NCBI RefSeq assembly: GCF_006345805.1
Contig: NC_042999.1
Coordinates: forward strand, 161,510,001 to 161,574,000
Length of the DNA: 64,000 bases
Source of the DNA: Octopus sinensis
Lineage: Eukaryota
Direction: 5' to 3'
The notes under the pieces: generated by a model
What the model was told of the DNA's origin: nothing
What the model saw: only the letters and a program-made list of their open reading frames with translations
Database searches by the model: none
In this document: positions 1-13,165 of the stretch, piece after piece
Layout: each line of letters opens with the position of its first letter
Position numbering within the stretch: position 1 is the first letter of the stretch
Translations under genes and position numbers: made by a program

Positions 1-440
1 CTTTGCGATATCACTGCAGTAAATGCCTTGAACATAGTAGGGAGGCAGGTTATTGGTCTGTAGTTTTCTGGTTTTGTTGTTTCATTTGATTTGGGAATTA
101 AGATGGTTTTCCCCTTCGTGAGCCATTCAGGCATTGTCTCTGGCTCTGCTAGTATGCTGTTAAAGTTTTCAGCCAGCTTTTTGTGCATTCCTGTTAGATA
201 TTTCAACCAGAAGTTGGGGATTTTGTCATGCCCAGGTGCCTTCCAGTTGCTTAGTTTTTGCAGTGCCTGGGTGACCTCTTCAGTTGTTATAGGGGTCCAA
301 AGTTGTTCAGATGCCGAGTTTGTTATTTTCATACTCCTTTTTTTTGGCTGTTCGGTCGCCGACCATATTTCTTTCCAGAATTCTTCCAATTCTTTTGCCG
401 TTGGTGCTGCAGTGACTTCTATTTTATTTTTGCCAAGTTC
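1..440 (-). mobile_element. R4/Dong-clade non-LTR retrotransposon, 5'-truncated RT fragment running off the window
   Basis: Stop-free frame 440..3 (146 aa): ELEEFWKEIW..ITTEEV..LSNWKAPGHDKIPNFWLK..PEWLTKGKTILIPK..PENYRPITCLPTMFK, typical of the R4 RT N-terminus. It abuts a (TAA)n tract. Confidence 0.85.
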
Positions 441-589
441 TTATTATTATTATTGTTATTATTATTATTATTATTATTATCATTATTATTATATTATTAT
501 TATTATTATATATCATTATTATATTATTATCATTATTATCATTTTATTATTGTTATTTTATTATTATTATTATATTGTTATTATTATTA

Positions 590-639
<50 letters not shown>

Positions 640-676
640 TTATTATTATCATTATATTATTATTATTATTATGATA

Positions 677-709
<33 letters not shown>

Positions 710-896
710 CATTATTATTATTATTATGTTATTATTATTATTATTATTATTATTACATTATTGTTATTATTATTATCATGATTTATTATTATTATTATTA
801 TTGTTATTATTATTATCATTATTATTATTATTATTATTATCATTATTATTATTATTATTATCATTATTATTATTATTATTGTTATTATTATTATTC
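441..896. repeat. (TAT/TAA)n microsatellite
   Basis: Visible imperfect trinucleotide tract; source of the poly-Y/I/L ORFs. Confidence 0.98.
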
Positions 897-999
897 AATG
901 TGCCCTTTATAAAGATAACACGTTGCATATTTGAGGGGGATTCGCGGTGCTCTTTCTATCACGCAAAGGCTTGACTCTTTCGTCTGCACGAAGCTTGCG

Positions 1000-1385
1000 T
1001 GGTGGTGGTGGTGTGGTGGTGGTGGTGGTGGTGGTGGTGTGGTGGTGGTGGTGGTGAGGTTGTGGTGTGGTGAAGGTTGTGGTGGCAGTGGTGTGGTGTG
1101 AAGGTTGTGGTGGTGGTGGTGGTTGATGGTGGTGGTGAAGGTTGTGGTTGATGGTGGTGGTGGTTGTGGTGGTTGTGGTGGTGGTGGTGGTGGTGGTGAA
1201 TGTGAAGGTGGTGGTGTTGGTGGTGGTGGTGGTGGTGGTGGTGGTGCTTGTGGTGCTGGTGCTGGTGGTGAAGGTTGTGGTAGTGGTGGTGGTGGTGGTA
1301 GTAAAGGTTGTGATGGTGGTGGTGGTGATGGTGGTGTTGATGGTGGTGGATGGTGATAGATGGTGTTGGATGTAGTGCCGGTGAT

Positions 1386-1420
<35 letters not shown>
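1000..1420. repeat. (GGT)n followed by (GT)n microsatellite
   Basis: Visible. Confidence 0.97.
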
Positions 1421-1426
<6 letters not shown>

Positions 1427-2129
1427 TTATATATTGCTTTCTGTATTATTACAGTATCTGTGTTGATGTACATAAATGGAGTATGATGAATTGAGTATTA
1501 AATAGAGTATTGGAAACTAACCTTTCTACCAGCATGCACGTATTGTGTGTGTGTGTGTGTGTGTGTGTTTGTATCATACTTTGTGTGCACATACTAAGAA
1601 GCTGTCTGAAATGTACGCGCGTTGCAATGAGAGACAATGCATATCACCTCTCTCTCTTTCCTTCTCTCTTTCGCTCTCTCTCTCTCATCTTTCTCTCTCC
1701 TTTCTTTCTACTCCTTCTTATACTCTTTCTTCCTTCTTTCAAACTCCACCCATTCTCTTCTAGAAAATCATTCCTGACATAATACAATTTATCTGTGAAC
1801 ATCTTTCACGTAAATTATCACTGAATAAGTTCACTATAGGCATGGTTAAACCTTCACCCTTCACCGCTATTACAATCAGATCAAATCGTCTGTATCCAAC
1901 GAAAAGATTACAACAATCTAAGTTTTAATCAATGTATCACAGATACAGTTTACGTTTAATTTTTGCTTTGTTTTGCTTCGTGTCGTTTCCATTGCGAGTA
2001 GATAACAGTTCCAATCTGTTTCAAAATTTGGGTTACACTGAGCATATACAGACAGACACACATATAGCCCGAAAGATAGACAGACCGATTGATAGGTATA
2101 GCGAAATACGTGCATGTATATGTTTGAAC

Positions 2130-2213
<84 letters not shown>

Positions 2214-2216
2214 ATC

Positions 2217-2271
2217 AAAATAAAAACATGATGCGAAGGATTCAGCGGTACATATGTTTCGGGCCTTTATT
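2217..2271 (-). terminator. Candidate polyadenylation signal (AATAAA plus downstream TGTTTTTATTTT)
   Basis: AATAAA at 2271-2266 and U-rich tract at 2228-2217, about 200 nt after the putative stop. Confidence 0.45.
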
Positions 2272-2322
2272 AGACAGATTTATAACAATGCATAATGTAT
2301 GTCTGTGGCCTTCTTCAGCCGC
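2245..2322 (-). ncRNA. Type I hammerhead ribozyme motif
   Basis: Minus strand: GCGG-CUGAAGA-A-GGCC-(41 nt)-GGCC-C-GAAA-CAUAUG-UA^CCGC. All conserved core nucleotides are present; stem I GCGG/CCGC, stem II GGCC/GGCC, palindromic stem III ACAUAUGU. Activity untested. Confidence 0.7.
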
Positions 2323-2474
2323 GCCACAACAGCTTCCACATGGACATGTGTTACATCAAAAATTCTTGGTTGGGGATGCAAATCCTCTCATTCGCGTACG
2401 ACATAATGCGGCAGCAGCATAGAATTGAAGCGTCCATCTCTTTCTTCTCTCAGAGAGAATTTGAATTTTTTCTT

Positions 2475-2576
2475 CTACGGAATGAAGAGCAAGCCTTCTT
2501 CTATCATACTCTCAATTTTGGTCAACTTGCGCCGCAGGGTCTCGGAGGAGATGGTGTTAGTTGAAGGCTGCCAAAC
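2475..2576 (-). CDS. Probable terminal coding exon of an unidentified gene (VWQPSTNTISSETLRRKLTKIESMIEEGLLFIP*)
   Basis: Acceptor tgtgtgtatggcag|GTT, 33 codons then TAG, coding-like composition in non-repetitive sequence; AATAAA at 2271-2266 and a U-rich element downstream. Phase 0 is assumed and no homolog was recognised. Confidence 0.55.
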   Translation of the reverse strand, partial: VWQPSTNTISSETLRRKLTKIESMIEEGLLFIP

Positions 2577-3103
2577 CTGCCATACACACACACAGACAAC
2601 TTCAGCTTTATATATATAGATATTACAAAAAAAATTAATATAAAACTACAAAAACAAACAACTAGCTTATAAAACATCGCCTCCTAACACCACACACACA
2701 CACAATGAGGAAGATTGGGCAATCCTTCCTGAAATCATAGACCCTCGTCTTAAATTAAGAAGAGCCTATTGCATAATGTCGTCTCTGACATAGAAATAAA
2801 AATGAGATGGTCACGACCGGAACGTTTTTAATCATAGATCACCTCGACAAGGATTAACCTGGAGATAAACAATAGCATTTACACATACACACAAACACGC
2901 ACGCGCATGCACACACATAAATACATACAAACACAAGAACACATACACACATTGACATGCACATATCGACTCTCAAGATCACACACATACTCGTATGTAT
3001 ATATCTCACAAGACCACATGCTCATACACACGTGTAAGCTCACGAACATAAAGCACATACATACACACACATAGACATTCGCACAAATATTCACATGCTT
3101 ACA

Positions 3104-3334
3104 CTCTTTTACTCTTTTACATGTTTCAGTCATTTGACTGCGGCCATGCTGGAGCACCGCCTCTGGTCGAGAAAATCGACCCCAGGACTTATTCTTTTGT
3201 AAGCCCAGTACTTATTCTATCGGTCTCTTTTTGCCGAACCGCTAAGTGACGGGGACGTAAACACACCAGCATCGGTTGTCAAGCAATGCTAGGGGGACAA
3301 ACACAGACACACAAACACATACACATACACACAC

Positions 3335-3371
<37 letters not shown>

Positions 3372-3466
3372 ACAGGCTTCTTTCAGTTTCCGTCTACCAA
3401 ATCCACTCACAAGGCATTGGTCGGCCCGGGGCTATAGCAGAAGACACTTGCCCAAGATGCCACGCA
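3104..3466 (-). mobile_element. tRNA-type SINE family B, 5'-truncated
   Basis: Matches the recurrent consensus (GGCACCTTGGGCAAGTGTCTTCT core, internal (TA)/(TG) tract, AAAAGAGT tail). Confidence 0.9.
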
Positions 3467-3895
3467 CGTACATATATGCATAAACACGCATATACATAAC
3501 AATTCTCAGCATGCAGTTTGAACAACGGCAACCATTGATTGCTGAAACATTTCACTGATACGTCGTATCGTTATGTCCAATGTTGTCGAGTGATTTCTCT
3601 TGTCCACTACTGAACTCGTTCAGGTTATCTAAACACATTTTACCTTTTTTCCCCACTTCTCTCGACACACACACACACACACACACACACTCGCACTTCG
3701 AACCTCACTACCTCTCTTTCCCTTTCTCTCCACTACTACCACACACACTCACACACAGCTCTGCTGCTAAAAATATGGTGTTTCGATCCAAAGCCGAGTT
3801 GTTTACCTTTGTTTTTGCCTTCCATTCACCTGGGATTCGTAGCAAATCTGCAGCTATTATGACATAAGAGATATTGGTCACAATACATATATATA

Positions 3896-3926
<31 letters not shown>

Positions 3927-3936
3927 TGTATATATG

Positions 3937-3985
<49 letters not shown>

Positions 3986-4095
3986 TATGTATGTATGTAT
4001 GTATGTTAATGTGTATATAATATGTATATATGTATGTATATATATATATATATTATATATATATATATATATATAATATTGATATTATATAATAC

Positions 4096-4148
<53 letters not shown>

Positions 4149-4559
4149 CTTTGATACTTTGATAGGTTTGCGGCCATTATTGGCCCAGGCCATGTCTAAC
4201 TTATAGCACCACCTGGTGAAGTCTTTCAAGTCAGAATATGCATATATATATAGTGGTTCTTATTTATTTAGTGAAAGTAGAGATAATTGCGGCGGCGGCG
4301 GTGCTGGTGGTGCTGGTGGTGGTGGTGGCGATTTTCGCCTAGGTAGAGGGGAGTATTCTCCTGATGGGCTGAATCTGTTGTAACAGAAGCAGAAAGGACC
4401 AGACAGGAGAAAATAGAATGTCTGCGAGTAAAGCTGATGCTTTGTATAACGTGTTGGTTGGGTAAATATTTGCCAATTAGTTGAATTGCCTCCTTTTGGA
4501 TGTAGAAGTGGTGCTAATAAGAACACACGCAAATTTACACACACAGCCACAGACACACA

Positions 4560-4597
<38 letters not shown>

Positions 4598-4598
<1 letters not shown>

Positions 4599-4695
4599 AT
4601 ATACATACATACATGCATACATACATAGATACATACATACATGCATGCATACATACATACATACATACATATATCCATACATACATACATACATG

Positions 4696-4726
<31 letters not shown>

Positions 4727-4745
4727 CCATACATACATGCATACA

Positions 4746-4779
<34 letters not shown>

Positions 4780-5843
4780 CATACATACATACATACATAC
4801 TTACATGCATGCATGCATACATACATACATACATACATACATACATGCATGCATGCATGCATACATACATACATACATACATACATACATGCATGCATAC
4901 ATACATGCATGCATACATACATACATACATGCATGCATGCATGCATGCATACATACATACATACATACATACATACATACATACATACATGCATACATAC
5001 ATACATACATACATACATGCATGCATGCATACATACATACATACATACATACATGCATGCATGCATGCATACATACATACATACATACATACATACATGC
5101 ATGCATGCATACATACATACATACATACATACATGCATGCATACATACATGCATGCATACATACATACATACATACATACATACATACATACATAAATAC
5201 ATTCATACATGCATACATACATACATACATACATACATACATGCATACATACATACATACATGCATACATACATACATACATACATACATGCATGCATGC
5301 ATGCATGCATTACATAATACATACATACATGCATGCATGCATGCATGCATACATACATGCATGCATGAATGCATGCATGCATGGATACATACATACATAC
5401 ATACATACATACATACATACATGCATGCATGCATGCATACATACATACATACATACATACATACATACATGCATGCATGCATGCATACATACATACATAC
5501 ATACATACATACATACATGCATGCATGCATACATACATACATACATACATACATACATGCATGCATACATACATGCATGCATACATACATACATACATAC
5601 ATACATGCATGCAGCATGCATCATACATACATACTACATACATACATACATACATACAATTCATACATGCATACATACATACATACATACATACATGCAT
5701 ACATACATACATACATGCATACATACATACATACATACATGCATGCATGCATGCATACATACATACATACATACATACATACATACATACATACATAAAT
5801 ACATTCATACATACATACATACATACATACATACATACATACA

Positions 5844-5874
<31 letters not shown>

Positions 5875-5892
5875 GCATGCATACATACATAC
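4598..5892. repeat. About 1.3 kb (ATAC)n tract with interspersed ATGC units
   Basis: Visible; explains the stacked MYVC/IHTY ORFs. Confidence 0.98.
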
Positions 5893-6287
5893 ATAATTTT
5901 TTCATATATGAGGGAAAAGATACAGAACTGATATTGTTTCCCGTTATTTTTTTTTGTATTATTTGAATGGGTGAAAAGTTATGTTTTGACTCGTGCATTT
6001 ACGATAAGGTTCTAATTACGATTGATACTTACACAAACTCACATGGTACCACTGCATGGCGCCTTGGGCAAGTGTCTTCTACTATAGGATACACACCAGA
6101 GTGAGACAGAAGGGGCCAACCAGAACAAGAGGAGACGTGGGATGGAGAATTGCTGAAGAGGTCACAGGTGTGACGAAAGCTTTCCTGACAATGGACATAA
6201 AATTAGAACAATAATAAACGAGTGAAGAACGAATATATAGTGCGGGTGTTTATTTGGCAAGAAAAGTGACCATACCGAAATATAACA

Positions 6288-6376
<89 letters not shown>

Positions 6377-6759
6377 TGCATTAGAAAGAAAGAATGAACA
6401 GGCAAAAACATGGTATCACTTAAGAAATTGGGATTTACAATTCAAAGATAATTACACACACATACACGTTATCAAAGTTCTCATTGCACCCTTAGCTAGG
6501 CTGTTGGCCCGGTTAAGTGTGAAATCCAGAGTGTCTGAGTATAACCTTAAAGCTTAATCGAAACTTCTTGAAGATTCGATGAAGCAATACGTTGGTACTC
6601 AGTCACTCAACTATGAGTCTATTGCAAGTTAACAAACTTCATAAGATGATTAATTACTCCTTTGTCATCCCAATTTCTTATTACCGCTCTGCACTACACT
6701 GACGCTTCGCTCTGAAGCATAAGTTTATTTGAGTTCTAACACCATTGCAGTACGAATAT

Positions 6760-6829
<70 letters not shown>

Positions 6830-7549
6830 TATATACACACTAGACTACCTGTAACCCGTTGGATCACCGGAGAAGTCTGAGTTTCCCAGTAACGGAGTTT
6901 TGTTTCGTGTTCTTTTTTTCTTATCCATGTTATTTCGCTTGCTTTCAACGAATGGGACATCGAAATCACGCTCCTTTCTCTAGAAAAGAAAAGATTTGGC
7001 CGCTATTTCTTGCTACCACGTAACAGGTATTTCGAGTCCTTTATCGCAACTAGCTATAACGTTGTAGCACGGTGTGCTAGAAATAGTAGTCAAATCTTTG
7101 GAGGTGAAATACGTTGAATGCACTCGAAAGAGACCTATGAAAAAAACCTATTTCACACCGAGGTTACGAACGGGTCTTTTACGAAATATTTACCACATTT
7201 TTAAAGTCATTTTCACTTTAAAATATTTTGCGCATCATAATGCATCTAATGGAAAGGTTAGAGTTTCTTCCCTTTCAGGGTAAGTTATTTTCGGAGTATT
7301 TTCCCATTATGCACCGTTTTGAATATCTATACACCAAAACCCCGAATATCTCAATAACTACTGGTTCGATTTACGCGAAATCTTTTTTATTCCGTTCGTA
7401 TTCACATTTCAGGGACACTTTACTTTAAAAGTATTTTTCCATTATGCGCTAGTTTGACTATGTAACAATCTTACTATGCAAGCAAGTAAGCTTGAACATT
7501 TTAATATATTATATATATATATATGGATATATATATGGATACATATAGA

Positions 7550-8736
7550 TAGGGTGTCCTAAAATTAAGGCAACCAACCTTTTTTAATTTTACCAAAGCA
7601 TATCGCTGTTCGAATCACAGCCTTAAGTCTAGGTGCAAATGCTTCACATACGGCACGCAACTGTTCTTGCGGAATCGAAAGCCGATTCCTGGCGCAGTTT
7701 TGCCTTCAGATGGTCGAGCAAAACATGACGAGTGCTCGAGATCCTCGTCTCCAAAATGGGCCACCCAGAAAAATCCAACAGGTTGAGATAGGGGCTTCTT
7801 GAGGGCCATATATCCTTGCCTATGAACGACGGAATGTTTTTTCTGGATCTAGCTGTGTGATTGTGCCGAGTCCTGTTGGAGGCTCCAAGGTGCACCTTGA
7901 AAGTGCGCATTCGCCCATGGAAGCAGTTCAACTTCCAGAACGGCGCTAATGTATCGCTGGGTGTTAATTTTAACATCCGAGGGCACAAAAACGAGGGGAG
8001 ACCCTCCAGTGGCTGTCACAGATACCCAAACCATAACTGTGGATTTTGACGTCGATTTACGAGTCTACCCTCGACGGAGCCAGATACACTCCAAAGTCGG
8101 TCGTGCTGATGGTTTACTGTCTGTTCGATGTCAAATTTCTTTTCATCAATGAACACATTAGTGAAACATCAATGAAACATCAGTGAAGGCAGAGTGCCTT
8201 CAGCAATCTGACGCAGGATAAGATGACTTCCCTCCAGTTTCATGGCCTTATAAACTTGCGTTAGCTCATGATGACGGATCATCTTGTAGGGATGGTTCCT
8301 GAGATCCTCCTTCAGCACTTGAAACATTGATTTTGCTGAGGCAGTTAGTTTTCTGACAGAACAACGAGGATTTCTTCGTATCTTTTCTCTGGTAATTTTG
8401 ATAAGCTGAGGGGTCCGCACATTTCTTTTTCAACCACGTCCAGGTCGAACAGCGGTGGAACCAGTCTTTTGAAATTTCTTGACAATTTTCCAGACTGTTA
8501 TTCAGTTAATTTTAAGCTTTTTGGCTATAGCTGTATTACTTTCGCCTCCTTTGTGGAAGGTTATGATTGTATTTCGGTCTATAGCCACAATCTAATTTAT
8601 AAATCTGAATTTGTTTAGTCTGAAACAAAAGGACACACTAAGCCTTAATAATGATGATTAATTTTCATATCTTATCAATTTTATTGATTGTTATTAAAGC
8701 CCGAAACTTCGGCTGCCTTAATTTCGGGACACCCTG
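7550..8736 (-). mobile_element. Degenerate Tc1/mariner-superfamily transposon, probably maT/DD37D-like
   Basis: TIRs agggtgtcctaaaattaaggcaacc / ggctgccttaatttcgggacaccctg, TA at the right end; frameshifted transposase with DEKKFD, LQQDSAQSH and WPSRSPYLNLLDF. Confidence 0.9.
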
Positions 8737-8763
8737 TACGTGTGTGTGTGTCTGTGTGTGTGT

Positions 8764-8824
<61 letters not shown>

Positions 8825-9004
8825 TGTGTGCCAGATAATGCTTGCACTATGAAGTGCATAGCTAACTGGGCCAGAATTGAGCTTATTTATAAGGCACCAT
8901 GTTCAATTCCAATACATGTGGAATTGGGCAAGCGGTTTATTTTATTCACTTTTTTTTTATTGCGGAGCCATGTTTTTGGACTAAAACAAGTAAATGATTA
9001 ATTC

Positions 9005-9051
<47 letters not shown>

Positions 9052-9678
9052 ACAAAAGAGGAAAATGTAAGGATAAAGAGACTGCAGAAAGAGTCCAGGG
9101 GAAGATTAGACGATGAAAAAGTAAAACAAAGACATGAAAAGACAAAGAGAGAGAGAGAAAATAGATAGGCAGGGAGGAGAAGGGAGAAAAATAACTAGAA
9201 GTAGTTAGACGAAAACATACAAAGAAAAGGAGGGAATATAAAATGGTAAAATGTGGAGAAGAATATATGGAAATATCTGAGAGCGGAGGAAGAGGGCGAG
9301 AAGAGGAATGGGCGAGAAGGGAATTGGCGAGAAGGAAAAAAGAACGAAATAGAATTTGTTCGTCAAAAATAACGGAAGAAAAACGCGGGAAAATTCCGTA
9401 TCTGGTTAATGGCAGTAATTCTACATATTTAGGTGACCCAGGGGAGGCAGGTATAGGAGGAGCATGTCGGCTGCATTGCTGGAAAAGTAAAGAGCCTGAA
9501 TGAGAGAGAGAGAGAGAGAGAGAGAAGCGATAGCAAGCAAGGATGGAGAGAGGAATTATATAAAGAAGAGAGAGAATGAGAGCAGAGAGAAGGAAGATGT
9601 GTCGGATGGTGAGGCTTGCGATGAAGAGTGAATAAGAGTAGAGAGGATAAGAAAAGAGTTCATTAGTCGTAGTAGTAG

Positions 9679-10260
9679 TTGTGGTGGTGGTGGTGGTGGT
9701 GGTGGTGGTGGTCGTGGTGGTTGGTGGTGGTCGTGGTGGTCGTGGTGGTCGTGGTGGTCGTGGTGGTGGTGGTGGTGGTGGTGGTGGTGGTTGGCCGTGG
9801 TCGTGGTCGTGGTGGTGGTCTGGTGGTGGTGGTGGTGGTGGTGGTGGTGGTCGTGGTGGTGGTCGTGGTTGGTGGTGGTCGTGGTCGTGGTGGTGGTCTG
9901 GTGGTCGTGGTGGTCGTGGTCGTGGTCGTGGTCGTGGTGGTTGGTGGTCGTGGTGGTGGTCGTGGTCGTGGTCGTGGTGGTTGGTGGTCGTGGTGGTCGT
10001 GGTCGTGGTCGTGGTCGTGGTGGTCGTGGTCGTGGTCGTGGTCGTGGTGGTCGTGGTCGTGGTTCGTGGTGTGGTTGTTGTTGGTGGTGGTGGTGGTGGT
10101 GGTGGTTGGTGGTGGTGGTGGTGGTGGTTGGTGGTGGTTGGTGGTGGTGGTGGTGGTGGTGGTGGTCGTCGTCGTGGTCGTGGTTGGTGGTGGTCGTGGT
10201 CGTGGTGGTGGTCTGGTGTGTCCGTGGTTGGTCGTGGTGGTGGTGTGGTCGTGGTGGTTG

Positions 10261-10295
<35 letters not shown>

Positions 10296-10572
10296 GGTCG
10301 TGGTCGTGGTCGTGGTGGTTTGGTGGTGGTGGTGGTGGTGGTGTGTGGTGGTGGTGGTGGTGGTGGTGGTTGGTGGTGGTTGGTGGTGGTGTGTGGTGGT
10401 GTGGTGGTGGTGGTCTGGTGGTGGTGGTGGTTTGGTGGTTGGTGGTGGTGGTGGTGGTGGTGGTGGTGGTGGTGGTGGTGGTGGTGGTGGTGGTGGTGGT
10501 GGTTGGTGGTTGGTGGTGGTGGTGGTGGTCGTCGTCGTCGTCGTCGTGGTGGTGGGTGGTGGTGGTGGTGGT
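9679..10572. repeat. (GGT)n/(GGTCGT)n microsatellite
   Basis: Visible. Confidence 0.97.
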
Positions 10573-10923
10573 ATCAAGAGTGAATATGAATAGCGTGAAT
10601 AAAACACGGGTTCACTAGTAGAGTTAAAAATCATCTGATTCAATGAAGAGAGAGAGAGAGAGCACGAGTGAGCGCCCTTTGCTTTTGCTTTCTACTAGTT
10701 TAGTAATGGTATGTGTGTGCGTATGCGCATGTATATGTGTGTGTGTATGCATGTGTGTGCGCGTGTGTGTGTATGTGTATGTGCATATATGTATACATAC
10801 ATACATACATACATACATACATAGATACACACATACATATATACATATATATATATATTTCTATATATATTATACATACATATATACATACACAACACCA
10901 CACACACGCACACACACACATAC

Positions 10924-10982
<59 letters not shown>

Positions 10983-11003
10983 ATATATTATATATACATA
11001 TAC

Positions 11004-11045
<42 letters not shown>

Positions 11046-12949
11046 TAGATAGATAGATATGATAGATAGATAGAGAGATAGATAGATAGATAGTGGGGCT
11101 GTACATGAAGGTTATAGAGTAACAAATTGAAAAGGAAAGAAGAGGAAAAGAAATGTAGGATAGCGGAAGATATGATTTATGAAGAAGCTTTAAGTGAGCA
11201 ATAATGATTATTCCCCATGGAAGAAGAAGAAGCCAGAAACAGCGCAGCGCCAGATTAAATAATTTATAGGATTTAATCTCGTCCCACCACGTTCTGAGTT
11301 CAAATCCCGTTGAGGTCGATAAAATAAGAACCAGTTGTTGTTATTGATATGCAGCTCCAATCAGCTCTCACTGACGAAGTGCCGAACATAAATAGGGTTC
11401 CAGATACACCATGACCCCTTCCAGTCGATTCCAGATCGCATACACTGTGAATTCCGACATTCACTGGTTTATCGTTTAAAGCTGGAACTGTTCCACTTTT
11501 CCACTCTTTGCGTCCAGTTTGGGTCTGTTTGTTGTCGTCATCGGTGACAGTAGAGGTGGCGGTGGTTGTGGTGGCATCGCTCTACGTCAGCTCAATTACA
11601 CATATGGCACGCAAGGAGCCATCTTATTTTTATATTATTGTATCTTAGGAAGGTCGTTTTTGCCAATAAAGACATACGCGTTCGTTGTATTTCACTAACT
11701 GTTAACTAATTCTGTGGATGCATCAATTCACACTTAGATCAATGAAGACATGTCACTAATGTGGTCACGAATGGCGACAAGAGAACTATGGCAAACCCAA
11801 CTGATTGATCGCTCAAACAGTTAGTCAAACAATCGATTAGTTAACTGGTTAATTAATATGATATTATTATTCAACTAGATAAGAGAAATTAAAAGAACCA
11901 GTGCATCGGTTTTCCTGAAAAATTGACCTCCCAACTTATAAAATCTGTTTCATAACGCTATTTCACATCAAGAATCTTGCAAAACTAATAATGATTTCAG
12001 CTTTTGGCACTGGGTCAGCGATTTTAAGGGAGCATGGTTAAATCGATTATATTGACCCCAATACTCAACTGATACTATTTTATCGACTCCAAAAGGATGA
12101 AAGGCAAAGTCAATCTCGACAGATTTTTGCAAAATCGAAATATTCTTTTATTTTTTAGATAGTTCCAGTAACTAAAGAGCGATGATGCTGAGGCACCGCC
12201 TTGAAGAGTTTTTAGTCGGGCATATTGATCTTAGTACTTATTTTAAAGTTGGGTCGCCATTTTACCGACCCTGTATCGAACCACTAAGTTATAGACTATA
12301 AGCATAGAACCACTCTTTTCAAACGGTTTGAAACGTAGAGATACTTCTGAATATACACACATATGCAGATCTGCATACACATGAACATGTTTTCCTATAA
12401 TATTCTTAGAAATGCATTGGCTTTAATAAAAAATTTTCTGAGATAACATTTTCGATTATCGTGATTAAATATATTTAAATAGCATTTAAAATCCCTTTGG
12501 ATGGAAAGGGATCGAAGCTGGCTGTGAGATTCGACCCACTACTTTTGTAAATATAACAGAGATTCTACCATTGAACCAAAGTAATCCTTAGAATTTCTCC
12601 TTCCACTTTAGTAGTACTGTTTCTTACCAGCGAGAATTGTATTTTGTTTATGTCATAAGAATTAAGAAAATTCGAGTTCTTCGAGAAACCTTCGACTTTT
12701 TCTATCCAAACGGCTTTTAACCCAATATTTAAATGCTATTATCAATAGTTTTATCCACTTCGAATTCCACCGTTACAAAATGATTTATTTCACGTCTCTC
12801 GAAAGTGTCTAAATTCTTATAACATAAACAGCATACTAAATAGTGTTGTGGTTTCATTATACATACCAGTAATATGCTAACTTATTCAATCAATAATACC
12901 TTCTATTGAACAAAATGTCTTGCGGTATTTGTTTTGGCTGTCAGAAACT

Positions 12950-13165
12950 TTAGCACGCTGGGCGAAATGCGTAGCCGTATTTCGTATGCCGCTACGTTCT
13001 GAGTTCAAATTCCGCCGAGGTCGACTTTGCCTTTCATCCTTTCGGGGTCGATTAAATAAGTACCAGTTACGCACTGGGGGCGATATAATCGACTTAATCC
13101 GTTTGTCTGTCCTTGTTTGTCCCCTCTGTGTTTAGCCCCTTGTGGGTAGTAAAGAAATAGGTATT
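12950..13165 (+). mobile_element. tRNA-type SINE family A
   Basis: TTAGCACGCCGGGCGAAATGC head, GAGTTCAAATTCC B-box-like motif, GCCCCTTGTGGGTAGTAAAGAAATA tail. Confidence 0.9.

Noticed and set aside
91-10618. Long ORFs (273, 348, 385, 326 aa and others) in the track
   Set aside because: They are translations of TAT, GGT and ATAC microsatellites that lack stops; several frames and both strands are open
11380-11580. Long stop-free frames on both strands in non-repetitive sequence
   Set aside because: No convincing splice pair or recognisable protein; several frames are equally open
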